Made by a program: the position numbers and the translations under genes | The notes under the pieces: generated by a model | What the model saw: only the letters and a program-made list of their open reading frames with translations | Databases searched by the model: none | Told to the model about the DNA's origin: nothing | NCBI GenBank assembly: GCA_965261595.1 | Contig: CBDHDG010000005.1 | Coordinates: 192,001-256,000 of the forward strand | Length of the DNA: 64,000 nucleotides | Source of the DNA: a bacterium | GTDB lineage: Bacteria; UBA8248; JACPRG01; G963555815 | Direction: 5' to 3' | In this document: positions 38,727-49,790 of the stretch, piece by piece | Numbering within the stretch: the stretch's first letter is position 1 | Layout of the letters: each line of letters begins with the position of its first letter

Positions 38727-40589
38727 TCAACCCGCCCTCAGCAACTGCCGGATTCTTTTTGGCCGAAGCGCTTCCAGCGTGACCACGGGGATGTTCCAAC
38801 GAGAACCCCACCCCTGCATCATGCCCATCGTGAAAGGACCCTCTTCGGTATCGACGAGCAGAAGATCCACCCGGCTTTTCGAGAAATGATGGAGCTCTCG
38901 CTCTGCCGCGCGGACGGGATCGATGTTGCCGAACCCGACGGTCGGCCGGCCATCCGAAACCAGAACGAGAGATTGCGCAATGGCGGGATGTCGGCGCCGA
39001 GAGTGAGCCAGCACCTGACGGGCTGTGTGAAGCGCATGAGCGAGCGGCGTTTTCCCCCCGACCGGAAGATCGCGTATGCTCCGTTGAGCCCTTCGAACGC
39101 TCCGCGTTGGAGGCAGGACAACGCGAGCCTCCGAGCCCTGAAATGTGATCAATCCCACTTCGTCGCGTTTTTGATAGGCCTCTTCCAAAAGACCCAACAG
39201 GACGCCTTTGGTCACCTCCATTCGACGGCGCGCCCCCATCGAGCGGCTTGCGTCCAGAACAAACAGGAAAAGGCGTTGATAAGGCGTGCGCCGTATCTTC
39301 TCCCGGAGATCTGTCGATCGAATGGAAATCGCCGTGTCCTCAGTCCTCCCGTTTTCCGGTCTGATGACAGCGGCGCGAAGTGTGGCGTCCAAAGCGAGGT
39401 CCGTCACTTTCCCTTTCGGAAACCTTGCGCGCACATAAGGGCCGCGAAAGGCTTTGGCCGTCTCCCATCCGCTCCGTCCGCCCGGCTGAACGATGCGGCG
39501 CTTCATTCGGGACTCCGTTTGCGGATTCCGAACGGGTCCCTCAGTGAGGGGATCGAACCGCATGGAAGCATCGGGATCCGCAGATCGCGGGGCCTCCGTT
39601 TGTTGCTTTGGCCGTGGCGGGGCGGGGGGGCGGGGGGGGGAGGGGGGCGGCGGATCCGGCGGATTCTTTCTCCGGTGCGCCAGCGCGAACTCCGCAATCC
39701 TTTCCACGTCGTCCCGGTTGACGGTCTTTCGTCCTTCCCAGGCGGCCAAGGTCATTGCGCCCTTCTGGATCACGATATCGGCCCGAAGCCCCTCTACATG
39801 CTCCCGGCAACAGATCGCGGAGACCTCCTCGGTGATCTCTTCGGGAATACGAACTCCGCCCATCATGTCCCGCGCGCGAAGGATGCGTTCGCGCAATCGC
39901 GTTTCTTCATTCGCCCAGGTCCGCGCGAAGGCCTCGGGATCCGCCTCGAACGCAATCGTCCGCCGAACGATTTCGGTCCGTTGAGCCGGGTCGGAAAGAT
40001 TCTCCACTTGAACGGACATTCCGAAGCGGTCGAGCAGTTGGGGACGCAGCTCACCTTCTTCCGGGTTCATGGTGCCGATGAGAATGAACCGCGCCGGATG
40101 CCGAACGGAAACGCCTTCCCGCTCAACAACGTTGACCCCGCTCACGGCCACATCCAGCAGGATATCGACCAGGTGATCGGGCAGCAGGTTCACTTCATCG
40201 ATGTAAAGAACACCCCGGTGGACGCGAGCCAGGAGGCCGGGTTCGAAGCGCTTCTCCCCGAGGCGAATCGCCTTCTCCAGGTCGATCGTGCCGAGTACAC
40301 GATCCTCTGTGGCGCCGATGGGCAGGGACACGAAGGGCGTAGGGACCTCATCGGTTGCTGTCTCGCTTGTTTCCTCGTATGGATCATCCGGGTTGCTGTT
40401 GTAATGGGAATCTCGAATCACCCGAATGTCCGGGAGAAGGTTCGCCAGCCCACGGGCGGCGCAAGACTTGCCGGATCCTTTCACGCCGGAAATCAAAACA
40501 CCCCTGATGTTGGGGTTGATCCCATTCAGGATGAGAGCGAGTAACATGTCTTCCTGGCCGACGATGGCCGAGAACGGGTAGTCGTTCAC
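38727..40589 (-). CDS. ChlI/ChlD-type chelatase subunit (AAA+ plus Pro-rich linker plus VWA), probable CobN partner
   Basis: YPFSAIVGQ, GVKGSGKS, YIDEVNLL, GTMNPEEGELRPQLLDRFG, DASRSM MIDAS. Confidence 0.9.
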   Translation of the reverse strand: MNDYPFSAIVGQEDMLLALILNGINPNIRGVLISGVKGSGKSCAARGLANLLPDIRVIRDSHYNSNPDDPYEETSETATDEVPTPFVSLPIGATEDRVLGTIDLEKAIRLGEKRFEPGLLARVHRGVLYIDEVNLLPDHLVDILLDVAVSGVNVVEREGVSVRHPARFILIGTMNPEEGELRPQLLDRFGMSVQVENLSDPAQRTEIVRRTIAFEADPEAFARTWANEETRLRERILRARDMMGGVRIPEEITEEVSAICCREHVEGLRADIVIQKGAMTLAAWEGRKTVNRDDVERIAEFALAHRRKNPPDPPPPSPPRPPAPPRPKQQTEAPRSADPDASMRFDPLTEGPVRNPQTESRMKRRIVQPGGRSGWETAKAFRGPYVRARFPKGKVTDLALDATLRAAVIRPENGRTEDTAISIRSTDLREKIRRTPYQRLFLFVLDASRSMGARRRMEVTKGVLLGLLEEAYQKRDEVGLITFQGSEARVVLPPTRSVRRAQRSIRDLPVGGKTPLAHALHTARQVLAHSRRRHPAIAQSLVLVSDGRPTVGFGNIDPVRAAERELHHFSKSRVDLLLVDTEEGPFTMGMMQGWGSRWNIPVVTLEALRPKRIRQLLRAG

Positions 40590-43500
40590 TTCATGTCCTC
40601 CAGGGCGGCTTCGTTTTCCAGGAAGATTTGTTTCAGTTGAGCCGCCATTTCATCCGGCGGCGACTCCCAATATCCTCGCTCCTGCGCTTCCAGCAATCGC
40701 TCGACCATGCCCCGGAGGGCCCAGGGATTCTTTTCCTGTAAGAAATTTCGCACGGATTCGTCGAAGATATACGCTTCGGTGACCTTTTCATACATCCAGG
40801 GCTCGATGACGTGCGCGGTCACGTCATACCCGAAGAGATAGTCCACTGTGACGGCCAGCTCGAAAGCGCCGCGGTAGCCGTGTCGTTGAATCGATTTGAT
40901 CCACTTGGGGTTCACGACCCGGGAGCGAAAAACGCGCACGACCTCCTCGCGCAAGTCTCGAATCTTCACGCGATCGGGTTTCGACGTGTCCCCGAAGTAC
41001 GCCTTCGGATTCTTCCCGGTCAGCGAGCGAATGGAGGCGATCATCCCCCCATGGAACTGGAAGTAGTCATCACTGTCGAAGATGTCGTGCTCCCGGTTGT
41101 CCTGGTTCTGCACGGCCACATTCACGCCGGCGAGGCGGCGCCGAAACTCGTCAAAGGCCCGGACGCCGGGTGCGTCCCGGCCGTAGGCGTACCCGCCCCA
41201 CGCCACGTAGACATCGGTGAGGTCTTGGTCCGTTGACCAGTTGCGCCCATCGATCAAACTCAGCAGACCGGCCCCGTAGCTTCCCGGCTTGCTTCCGAAG
41301 ATTCGGTACGCGGCTTTTCGAGGATCAACGCCCCGCCGGACTTCTTCGGAGATGTTGCCCCGAACGTAGTTTTGCTCCGGAGACTCATCCAGATCAGCGA
41401 CGGTCTTCACGGCCTCGTCCAGAAGCTCAACGACATTCGGGAACGCGTCCCGGAAGAATCCGCTGATGCGAACCGTTACATCAATGCGGGGGCGTCCCAG
41501 TTCTTGGAGCGGAATGACCTCGATACCGATGATCCGCCGGTTGATGCCTTGCCATACCGGCCGAACACCGAGGAGATGGAGAATCTCGCCGATGTCGTCA
41601 CCACCGGTGCGCATGTTGGATGTCCCCCAGACGACGATGCCGATGGAACGCGGATATTCTCCCGTCTCTTTCAGATAGCGTTCCAGCACCCCTTCGGCGG
41701 CGCGCCGGCCGACTTTCACGGCGGTCTGGGTCGGGATGCCGCGGATGTCCACGGAGTAAAAATTGCGCCCGGTGGGTAGGATGGTGGCCATTCCCCGCGT
41801 GGGGGCGCCGCTCGGGCCGGGCGGGACGAACCGGCCTTCCAGCGCGACCAGGATATTGGAAATCTCGTCCGGGACCCGCTCCAGACGAGGCTTGACCTCC
41901 TCGGTCAGGAACGCGAGGGTTTTGGCTGAGCTCGGGCCGGCGGGGCGGGTTTCGGCCACCACCTCGCGCGAGCGTTGTTCTAAAAGTTCAATCAAATCAC
42001 CCGCCGTCCGGCAACCGGGATAGGAGACCCCCTTCGCGGGATCCTCAACCAGCGCCTCATAATCGACCCCGAGATCTTCCGCGACGGCGGCCGGCAAGCC
42101 GAGAACGCCGGACTGGTCCAAACGGACCAGTGAGACCAGGAGATCCGTCAGGCGGCCTTCTTCCGGCATTTCGCCCAGGACATGCAAACCGTCTCGAATC
42201 TGGGATTCCTTGATCTCGCAGAGATAACCATCGAACGTCTGAATGAAGTCATCCAACTCCTCCGCGGATGGCGGCCGGTCGTAATTCAGGTCCCGGTAGA
42301 TGCGGCTTTGGTCGATCAAATGCAGCATTTGCTCGGCGACGAGCGGGCATTTCGACGGATCCATAACGCTGACCTGTGCGTACTCGTCGGCGAGTTGTTC
42401 CAGTTTGACCAAATCTCCGTAGGACTCGGCCCGGGTCATCGGGGGGATCATGTGATCGACAATGACGGCATTCGAGCGACGCTTGGCCTGTGTTCCTTCT
42501 CCCGGATTGTTGATGATGTAAGGATAGATGTTGGGGATGGCGCCCAAGGCAATCTCCGGATAACAAGCTTCACTCAGCCCGATCCCCTTTCCGGGAAGCC
42601 ACTCCAGGTTTCCGTGTTTGCCGACGTGCACAATGGCGTGCGCCCCGAAGTCCTCGCGGATCCATTGGTAATAACTCAGGTAAAAGTGTGTGGGAGGCAG
42701 GTCCGGGCTATGGTAGACGGCGGCCGAGTCTTTCCCGTAGCCCCGGGAGGGCTGGATGCCGACAAAAACGTTGCCGAGCCGCAAACCGGGGATCGCCAGT
42801 CCGTCCGAGGCCATCATGTATGCGCCCGGCGGCTCGCCCCATTGCTCCGTGATGGCCTCGCGTCGGGACGTGGGTAAGCGCTCGAACCGCTCAAGATACC
42901 GCGTTGGACTCAACTTGAAAGGCGTGGAATCAAGATTCTCTTGTGTCTGAAACTCTTCGTCGTGTGTGCAGCCGGCCAAGAGCTCGTGAATCAAGGCGTC
43001 TCCGTTCTCCGGCAAAGGCCCCGTTTGGTATCCCGCCTCTTTCATGGACCGAAGCAGCCGGATAACACTCTCCGGTGTGTCCAGTCCCACGCCGTTGCCG
43101 ACCCGGGCGTCTCGGGTGGGATAGTTATTGAAAAGAACGGCAACGCGCTTTTCAGAGACGGGGGCCCGGCGAAGCGCGCACCAGGAAATCGCCAAACGGG
43201 CGATCTGACGGACCCGATCGTCTAACGGAACGTTGCGGCGCAATTCGACTCCCAGCGCGTCATCCCGTTCGCCATCTCCTTTAAAGGTCATGGGGACCGA
43301 GATGATCCGGCCGTCGAATTCTGGAAGGGCCACGTGCATGGCGACGTCCTGCGGACTCAGGCCTGTCTCCGACGCGCCCCATTCCTCGAGACTGGATCCG
43401 CTGAAGATAGCCTGGATCACCGGGCAATCAAGCCCGTGGGGCGCGCCGAAAGCCAGGGTCGAGATCAACACGTCCGCGTCCGGGAGATGATCGCGAATCA

Positions 43501-44176
43501 CCAACGGCACACCGTTTTCATCTCTTTCCTTGAGGGATTCGCAAAACACGGGACGGGCGCGGCCGCCCAAATGTTGGATTTCGCGGGCCAAGGCGTCGAC
43601 GGCAAGCAGGTTCCCCGAGAGCCAGTGCGCCCGATAGAACAAGATGCCGACGAGCGGCGCTTCCGCGCGAACCGGGGGCAGGTCCGTGGGCTCGTATACG
43701 CCTCGGTCCGGCGTCGGTTGAGCCGGGTCGTAGCCATATCCCGTCAGCAGAAAACGGTCGGAAAGATGTCGGAGAAGATGCTCGAAGTTGCTCACGCCCC
43801 CGTACACGAAGTATTCCAACACCCCGGTGAGTGTGGAAATAGGGGCTGTGCTGATCGCGGTAAGCTCGGGATCGAGCTCCCGGCTTCCAGGCAACGCGAT
43901 CAGCGGGACGTCATGGTCGCGGCAGGCTTTCGAGAGAATTTCAAAACCATCTTGAAAATAGGCGAATCCACCCAGGATTCGGACGAGAAGGACACGGGCC
44001 GTGGGAACGACCTCCCGTGCGTAGCGGTCGAGGTCTTCCGGCTGGGACAGGCGCCGGATGTGCGCGGCCCGAACGCGGGGGAAATCCTGAGGCAGCCGGC
44101 CGCGCGCCTGAGACAGGCTCAGGATCTCGGTGTCCGCCGCGGTGATGAACAGGATCTCTCCCTGCTGGCAACCCAT
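40586..44176 (-). CDS. cobN: Cobaltochelatase large subunit
   Basis: VALPEFDG, HVGKHGNLEWLPGK, PGEGTQAKRR, LPTGRNFY, RITVRISG-like RIDVTVRISGFFRDAFP, RSRVVNPKW. Confidence 0.95.
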   Translation of the reverse strand: MGCQQGEILFITAADTEILSLSQARGRLPQDFPRVRAAHIRRLSQPEDLDRYAREVVPTARVLLVRILGGFAYFQDGFEILSKACRDHDVPLIALPGSRELDPELTAISTAPISTLTGVLEYFVYGGVSNFEHLLRHLSDRFLLTGYGYDPAQPTPDRGVYEPTDLPPVRAEAPLVGILFYRAHWLSGNLLAVDALAREIQHLGGRARPVFCESLKERDENGVPLVIRDHLPDADVLISTLAFGAPHGLDCPVIQAIFSGSSLEEWGASETGLSPQDVAMHVALPEFDGRIISVPMTFKGDGERDDALGVELRRNVPLDDRVRQIARLAISWCALRRAPVSEKRVAVLFNNYPTRDARVGNGVGLDTPESVIRLLRSMKEAGYQTGPLPENGDALIHELLAGCTHDEEFQTQENLDSTPFKLSPTRYLERFERLPTSRREAITEQWGEPPGAYMMASDGLAIPGLRLGNVFVGIQPSRGYGKDSAAVYHSPDLPPTHFYLSYYQWIREDFGAHAIVHVGKHGNLEWLPGKGIGLSEACYPEIALGAIPNIYPYIINNPGEGTQAKRRSNAVIVDHMIPPMTRAESYGDLVKLEQLADEYAQVSVMDPSKCPLVAEQMLHLIDQSRIYRDLNYDRPPSAEELDDFIQTFDGYLCEIKESQIRDGLHVLGEMPEEGRLTDLLVSLVRLDQSGVLGLPAAVAEDLGVDYEALVEDPAKGVSYPGCRTAGDLIELLEQRSREVVAETRPAGPSSAKTLAFLTEEVKPRLERVPDEISNILVALEGRFVPPGPSGAPTRGMATILPTGRNFYSVDIRGIPTQTAVKVGRRAAEGVLERYLKETGEYPRSIGIVVWGTSNMRTGGDDIGEILHLLGVRPVWQGINRRIIGIEVIPLQELGRPRIDVTVRISGFFRDAFPNVVELLDEAVKTVADLDESPEQNYVRGNISEEVRRGVDPRKAAYRIFGSKPGSYGAGLLSLIDGRNWSTDQDLTDVYVAWGGYAYGRDAPGVRAFDEFRRRLAGVNVAVQNQDNREHDIFDSDDYFQFHGGMIASIRSLTGKNPKAYFGDTSKPDRVKIRDLREEVVRVFRSRVVNPKWIKSIQRHGYRGAFELAVTVDYLFGYDVTAHVIEPWMYEKVTEAYIFDESVRNFLQEKNPWALRGMVERLLEAQERGYWESPPDEMAAQLKQIFLENEAALEDMK

Positions 44177-44267
44177 TCAGCTTCTCCCGCCGGCGTGAAT
44201 CCCGCGGACCGGCTTTGGACGCCTCATCCTGTTTTCACCTGGATGTCTCACGATAAGGTTTTTCCCA

Positions 44268-46330
44268 TCACCACCTCAGCTCGATTCCGCCCAGGACGTT
44301 GATCCCCGGAGATTCGATGCCGAACGTTTCCTGGTAATCGTTGTTGAGCAGATTCCGGATCAGGAGCCTGAGCCTGAGCTCGCGGCCCTTCGGTTTAAAG
44401 GCGATGACGCGATACGACGCGGCGAGGTCGAGCTTTCCGAACGCATTATTGACCACCCGCCGGCCGGACGAGGAAGCGGCGAAGTCGCGATCGATACGGT
44501 CACCGACCACGGTCCCGGATAAATTCGCCTGAAGGTCGCCCCACCGGACATCGATAAAGAACGATCCGCCGTGCCGCGGACGGCGAAGGAGCTGTTCGCC
44601 CTCTACGAAAGAAGTGTTCGTCAGCCCCCCGGCATCTGTGACTTCCGTTTCAAGATAGGTGTACGCGCCGCCGAACCTGATCTCTTCGGAGAGACGGAAT
44701 GTAAAGCCGGTTTCGAGCCCATGCGATTCCGCCTCTTGAATGTTCTGGTAGGTTCCGACGAGGAAAGAGCCGACCAGGGCAATCATATCCTTATACCGGT
44801 TCTGAAAATAGGTGGCCGACAGCAGGAGTTTACCCTCCCAGACAGTTTGGTCCAGACCGATTTCCCAGGAAAAGGATCGTTCCGGATCGAGATCGGAATT
44901 TCCTTGAATCCCTCCCAAGCCGAACGTCTCGAGGAAGCGCGGTTCCTTGAGCCCGGTTCCGATGGCGCCGCGGATCTTCGTCCCGATGGATCGAAGCAGA
45001 TACGCGATGGAGCCGCGTGGATTGAACGAGCTGCCGAACTTGGAGTTGTCATCGAAGCGAAAACCAGCGGTCAAATATAACCGCTCGGAGATGGAAAGCC
45101 GCTCTTGGAGGTAATAAGCGAATGTGGTTCTCGTCTCATCCAAATTACGTCTCGATACGGCGCCACTGGATGAAATTGTCTTGCGGTCCTGATTAAATGT
45201 TTCCGGCTCGAATTCGAAGCCCAGTGTGAGCGTGCTTCCCACGTGACTCCAGGGTGAGCCCCGAAAAAGTTGACGGTAATCCACGGAGAGTCTTCGCTCG
45301 TCCGTGAAGACCTCGATGTCCGAAAAATCCGAGGGGATGGGGTCGTTTCCATCGAAGTCCCGGTTGCTGTAGTCGAAAAGCCCCACCTTCAGACGATTTC
45401 CCCACCATTCATTGGCATTGAATTCCAGGTCGAAGCCGACGATGATTTCCTCGGTTTCGCGCCCTTGATCGGGATCGATTGGGGGAAACCCCCGTCCGGC
45501 GACAAAATCAGTCGGGAAGTTGAAGTCGCTTTGGATGTATCCCACGGTGAGACCGAGGGAGAGGAGTGGGTTCGGGTCGAGATCGAATCTTGCGCGGAGC
45601 GATGTGTTTTTCGCCTCGTTGTTCAGATCGAGCAGCCCATCGGTGTCGTATCGTCCGGCCGATAGGGAATACCCGAACTTTTTGATTCCTCCTCTGAGGG
45701 AAAGTCGTTCTTCCGTTGTGTGATAGCTCCCGCCTTGCGCCACCAATTCGGCCTTCAGCGGACCTTTCCCCCGCTTCGAGATAATATTGATGGTCGAGGC
45801 AATCGCGTCCGAGCCGTACAGGCTGCTCAAAGGTCCTCGGATGATCTCTATTCTCTCGATGTTGTCAGCCGCCAGATTGGCGAAGTTAAAGAATCCACCG
45901 GCCTGATTGATTTGAACGCCGTCGATCATCACCAGGTTGTAATCGGGTTCGCCCCCTCGGACGAAGGTGGAGGTCCTCCCGCCGCGGCTTCCCGCCTGCA
46001 CGATGGTGAACCCCGGAACTCCCCGGAGCAGATCGAGCACGTCTCGCGCTTTTCGGCGTTCGATCTCCTTCGCTGTGATAACGGTCACCGACGCGCCCAC
46101 CTGCTCCAAAGGGATCTCTATCTTCGTCGCGGTCACGATCACTTCCGGAAGGACGAATTCCTGTGCGGACTCCGTAGGGGCCGATTCGCCCGCGGGCCGC
46201 TGGGCGGGCGCCTCTTGACCCATGAGGAAAAGAGATAAGGCCGCCGCGCCATAAATACGGAAACGCTTTCGAGCGGTTTTTTTCCCGGAGGTGTTCCAAA
46301 GATCGGGTCCGGTCCATGTGACTTCATCAC
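44268..46330 (-). CDS. btuB: TonB-dependent receptor, BtuB-like (start uncertain)
   Basis: TonB box-like EVIVTAT, plug motifs VMIDG and IERIEIIRGPLSSLYGSDA, C-terminal ELRW; in B12 operon. Confidence 0.85.
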
Positions 46331-46345
46331 CGGGCCGTCGGACGT

Positions 46346-47341
46346 TTATGTTCCCAACGCTTGCCAAGACAAATGCCTCCATGGTTCCATCGATAGGATG
46401 AACGCCCGAATTCCGGTGAAGAACGCGAGACCGATGATGGATGTCGCGTACATCCACTTGACAGCGCGGGGGATGTCCCGTGGTTCGAGGTCACGAAGCG
46501 CATCGCCGAGATGGGGTCGTTTTTCCGCCTTTCCTTGATAGATGTTGACGCCGCCCAACTGGACGCCCAGAGCGCCCGCCACGGCGGCTTCGCTGATGGC
46601 CGCGTTCGGACTGGGGCTCTTGCGCCCGTCCCGCCAAGAGACGGACCAACAGCGGGCGGCGTTCAGGCCGCACAGAAGCGAGGCTACGGGATAGAAGAAC
46701 CGGGCCACCCTCGCCGGAACGAGATTGAGCAGGTCATCCAGCCGGGCCGAGGCCCAGCCGAAGCGAATGTATCGTTCGTCGCGGTGGCCCGTCATGGAGT
46801 CCAGGGTGTTGGCCGCCTTGAAAGCCATGGCCAGGGGGGCGCCGCCGAGAACCGCGAAGAACAGCGGAGAAAGGATGCCGTCGACGGTTCCTTCCGCGAT
46901 GGTCTCCACCGCTCCCCGGACGATTTCCCGCTCATTCAACTGATCGGTCGAGCGGCCGACGATCATTGAGAGGTCCTTGCGCGCGGCGTTTCGGTCTCCC
47001 CGCTGGAGGGACCGGAAAACTTTCATGCTCTCTTGATCCAAGTCGCGCGCCGCGAGGGCCGAGTAGAGAAAGTACACGGTCAGGATCAGGGTCAGGCGGT
47101 GGTCGAATCTCTCAGCCGCATTCAGGATTCCCCACACGGCGAAATAGGCCCCCCCGGCGACCATCGCCGCGAGAAGCGTTCCGGAAGAGCGGTTGCGGCC
47201 AAAAAGGCGCGTCAACAGGGGTTCCAGTCTTACGGTGACCCGCCCAATCAGACGCACCGGGTGCGGAAGCCAGCGGGGATCGCCGAGGATCCGGTCCAGG
47301 CCGAAGGCGGCCATCATGGAAACGCTCAGCTCGTCGATCAC
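46346..47341 (-). CDS. cbiB: Adenosylcobinamide-phosphate synthase (CbiB/CobD)
   Basis: GDPRWLPHPV, IVGR, ETIAEGTVDG, NTLDSM.GH, DDLLNLVPAR, SPNA. Confidence 0.93.
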   Translation of the reverse strand: MIDELSVSMMAAFGLDRILGDPRWLPHPVRLIGRVTVRLEPLLTRLFGRNRSSGTLLAAMVAGGAYFAVWGILNAAERFDHRLTLILTVYFLYSALAARDLDQESMKVFRSLQRGDRNAARKDLSMIVGRSTDQLNEREIVRGAVETIAEGTVDGILSPLFFAVLGGAPLAMAFKAANTLDSMTGHRDERYIRFGWASARLDDLLNLVPARVARFFYPVASLLCGLNAARCWSVSWRDGRKSPSPNAAISEAAVAGALGVQLGGVNIYQGKAEKRPHLGDALRDLEPRDIPRAVKWMYATSIIGLAFFTGIRAFILSMEPWRHLSWQALGT

Positions 47342-48825
47342 GCCACCCGCCTCACAATCTTGTAAATCTCGCCGATATCCAGGTCCGCCCTGACCCGATC
47401 CGCCAATTGATCAATCGCGCCGGAGAGGTTCGTATCGGCCGGCGTCCACAGCGGGTCCAGGCCTTTTCGAGCTCGCAACGCGTTGATGAAACGGCGGCGG
47501 AATGGACCGCTATCAAAAACCCCATGGATGTACGTGCCCCAGACCCGGCCTTGGTCGGCCGAGGCGCCGTCCCAGTCACTGGCGGGTTTTCCAAGTCGTT
47601 CCACAACCCGGAAGACGGCCTTCCCTTCGCCCCGTGTCTTTCCCATGTGAATCTCGTAACCGCTCACCTCCGCGCCGCTTTCGATGTGAATCGCTCGGAC
47701 CTGGGCGGTCTGCTTGTTCTCGTCGAACACCGTCTCCATCGGCAGAAGGCCGAGTCCCTTCTCCGTCTCTGTTTCTGATTCGATATGGTCGGGATCCCGT
47801 AACACCCTCCCCATCATCTGGAAGCCTCCGCAAATTCCGGCCACGGTGACTCCCTGTTCCCGGCAGCGCGCTACATGCTCGGGAAAACCCGCGGACTTGA
47901 GACGCCGGAGGTCGGGAATCGTGCTCTTGGTCCCAGGGAGCAGGAGGGCATCGGATAGAAGATCTTCAGGGCGGTCCACGTAGCGAAGGGAGACGTCCGG
48001 CTCGGCTTTCAGCGCGTCGAAGTCCGTGAAGTTGGAGATCCGGGGATGACGGATCACGTCGATACGGACGCTGCCTTCGTGATGCTCCGCGTTTCCGTTC
48101 CACAAAGGGACGCTGTCTTCCTCGGGAAGGCGGATGTCTTGATAGAACGGAAGAACGCCGAGCACCTTTTGTCCCGTCTCGGCCTCCAGGTAATCCAAAC
48201 CGGGTTTCAGGATTTCGGGATCGCCGCGGAACTTATTAATCACGAATCCACAAATCCGGGCCCGTTCTTCTTCCAGGAGCAGATGCAGCGTTCCGACCAA
48301 CTGCGCGAATACGCCGCCGAAGTCGATGTCTCCGACGAGGATGACCGGAGCGTCCGCCAGGGCGGCGGTCTTCATGTTGACGATGTCGCTCTCGCGCAGG
48401 TTGATCTCCGCCGGGCTGCCCGCCCCCTCGATCAGGACCAGGTCGTATTCATCTCGAAGCTGGTCAAGGCACCGCTGAACCGTCGGAATCAGGGAGGGCT
48501 TGAAGTTTTGGTATTCCCTTGCGTTCATCGTTTTGACCGGACGGCCCATGACAATGACCTGGGAACCCGAATCCGTGCATGGCTTGAGCAGAACGGGATT
48601 CATCTCAACTGCCGGCGCCACGCCGCAGGCCATCGCCTGCAAGGTCTGGGAACGCGCGATTTCTCCGCCGTCACGGCACACGAACGAGTTGTTCGACATG
48701 TTCTGCGCCTTGAAAGGGGCTACGCGCAGGCCGTCCTGGCGGAAAATTCGGCCAAGCGCGGTCACAAGAAGGCTCTTGCCGACGTGCGAGCCGGTCCCCT
48801 GGACCATCAGCGTCCGGCTGGGCAT
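47338..48825 (-). CDS. cobQ: Cobyric acid synthase
   Basis: MVQGTGSHVGKS, PFKAQNMSNN, EGAGSPAEINL, ISNFTDFD, GICGGFQM, GTYIHG. Confidence 0.96.
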   Translation of the reverse strand: MPSRTLMVQGTGSHVGKSLLVTALGRIFRQDGLRVAPFKAQNMSNNSFVCRDGGEIARSQTLQAMACGVAPAVEMNPVLLKPCTDSGSQVIVMGRPVKTMNAREYQNFKPSLIPTVQRCLDQLRDEYDLVLIEGAGSPAEINLRESDIVNMKTAALADAPVILVGDIDFGGVFAQLVGTLHLLLEEERARICGFVINKFRGDPEILKPGLDYLEAETGQKVLGVLPFYQDIRLPEEDSVPLWNGNAEHHEGSVRIDVIRHPRISNFTDFDALKAEPDVSLRYVDRPEDLLSDALLLPGTKSTIPDLRRLKSAGFPEHVARCREQGVTVAGICGGFQMMGRVLRDPDHIESETETEKGLGLLPMETVFDENKQTAQVRAIHIESGAEVSGYEIHMGKTRGEGKAVFRVVERLGKPASDWDGASADQGRVWGTYIHGVFDSGPFRRRFINALRARKGLDPLWTPADTNLSGAIDQLADRVRADLDIGEIYKIVRRVA

Positions 48826-49790
48826 GGATTCATGATCTCCCTGCATGCGGCCAGAAGTCGGTCATTTTCCTCCCCTGTGCGCACCGCGAACCTCACGTAG
48901 CGGTTTGGTTCGATGGCGGTGAATGAATCGCAGTTTCTGGCGGCAATGCCGCGGCTGAGGAGCTCTCGACATAGGGATCCCGTGTCGGGGACCTTGCAGA
49001 GAACGAAGTTGGTTTCCGACGGAAGCGGATTCAGCCCCGCGTCCGAGAGCCCCCGGGTCAGGCTCTCGCGTAGCCGCCGAACCGTCCGGCGCGTGCGTTC
49101 GCCATACTCCCGATCCGCCAGCGCCGCGACCCCGGCTTGAATCGCGAGGGCGTTGACGTTCCACGGAGGCTGCAGGCGCCGGAGGCGTGAGATGGTGTCA
49201 GGCGCCGCGATCAGATAGCCGAGGCGAAGACCCGGAATGGCGTAAAACTTCGTCAGCGAACGGATCACGATCACCCGGGGGTCTTCCGCCGCCCTGTCCA
49301 CCAGCGATTCCGATCCCGCGGTAAAGTCCATGAACGCTTCATCGATGACGAGCTTCCCGTCCAACCGCAGGATCTCTTCCCGTGGAATCAAGCGTCCCTC
49401 CGGGCTGGTCGGATTGCCGGCGAAGGTTACGTCGTAGTTCTCTTGGTTCACAGGGATCCCCGCGGCCTCACAGGCGTCCTCGTATTCCGTGAAGGCGGGG
49501 ACGACCACGCGGGCCCGGAGGCCCACAAAGAGGCGTGTCACCAGATAGATCAAATCGCTGGCGCCGTTGCCCGCGAGAACGCACCCACGCGGGATGCGGT
49601 GGTGAGAGGCGGCCGCCTCGCAAAATTCTCCGGCGTCGGGCGTCGGGTATCGCAGGATTGAATCCGTCCGCTGGATCAAAAGGGATCGCACCCCCTCGGG
49701 CGGACCCAGCGGGTTCACGTTCGCGCTGAAGTCCAGGACGAATGGGTCGATCGCGCCCCCATGCCCCCGTTTCACAGGCGCCACCTCCAA
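48807..49790 (-). CDS. cobD: Threonine-phosphate decarboxylase (PLP aminotransferase class I/II)
   Basis: HGG, DFSANVNPLG, IDEAFMDF, RSLTKFYAIPGLRLGY. Confidence 0.9.
   Translation of the reverse strand: MEVAPVKRGHGGAIDPFVLDFSANVNPLGPPEGVRSLLIQRTDSILRYPTPDAGEFCEAAASHHRIPRGCVLAGNGASDLIYLVTRLFVGLRARVVVPAFTEYEDACEAAGIPVNQENYDVTFAGNPTSPEGRLIPREEILRLDGKLVIDEAFMDFTAGSESLVDRAAEDPRVIVIRSLTKFYAIPGLRLGYLIAAPDTISRLRRLQPPWNVNALAIQAGVAALADREYGERTRRTVRRLRESLTRGLSDAGLNPLPSETNFVLCKVPDTGSLCRELLSRGIAARNCDSFTAIEPNRYVRFAVRTGEENDRLLAACREIMNPCPAGR

Noticed and set aside
38727..40589. Magnesium chelatase / phototrophy
   Set aside because: Coupled to cobN inside a B12 operon; no bch/chl genes in the window
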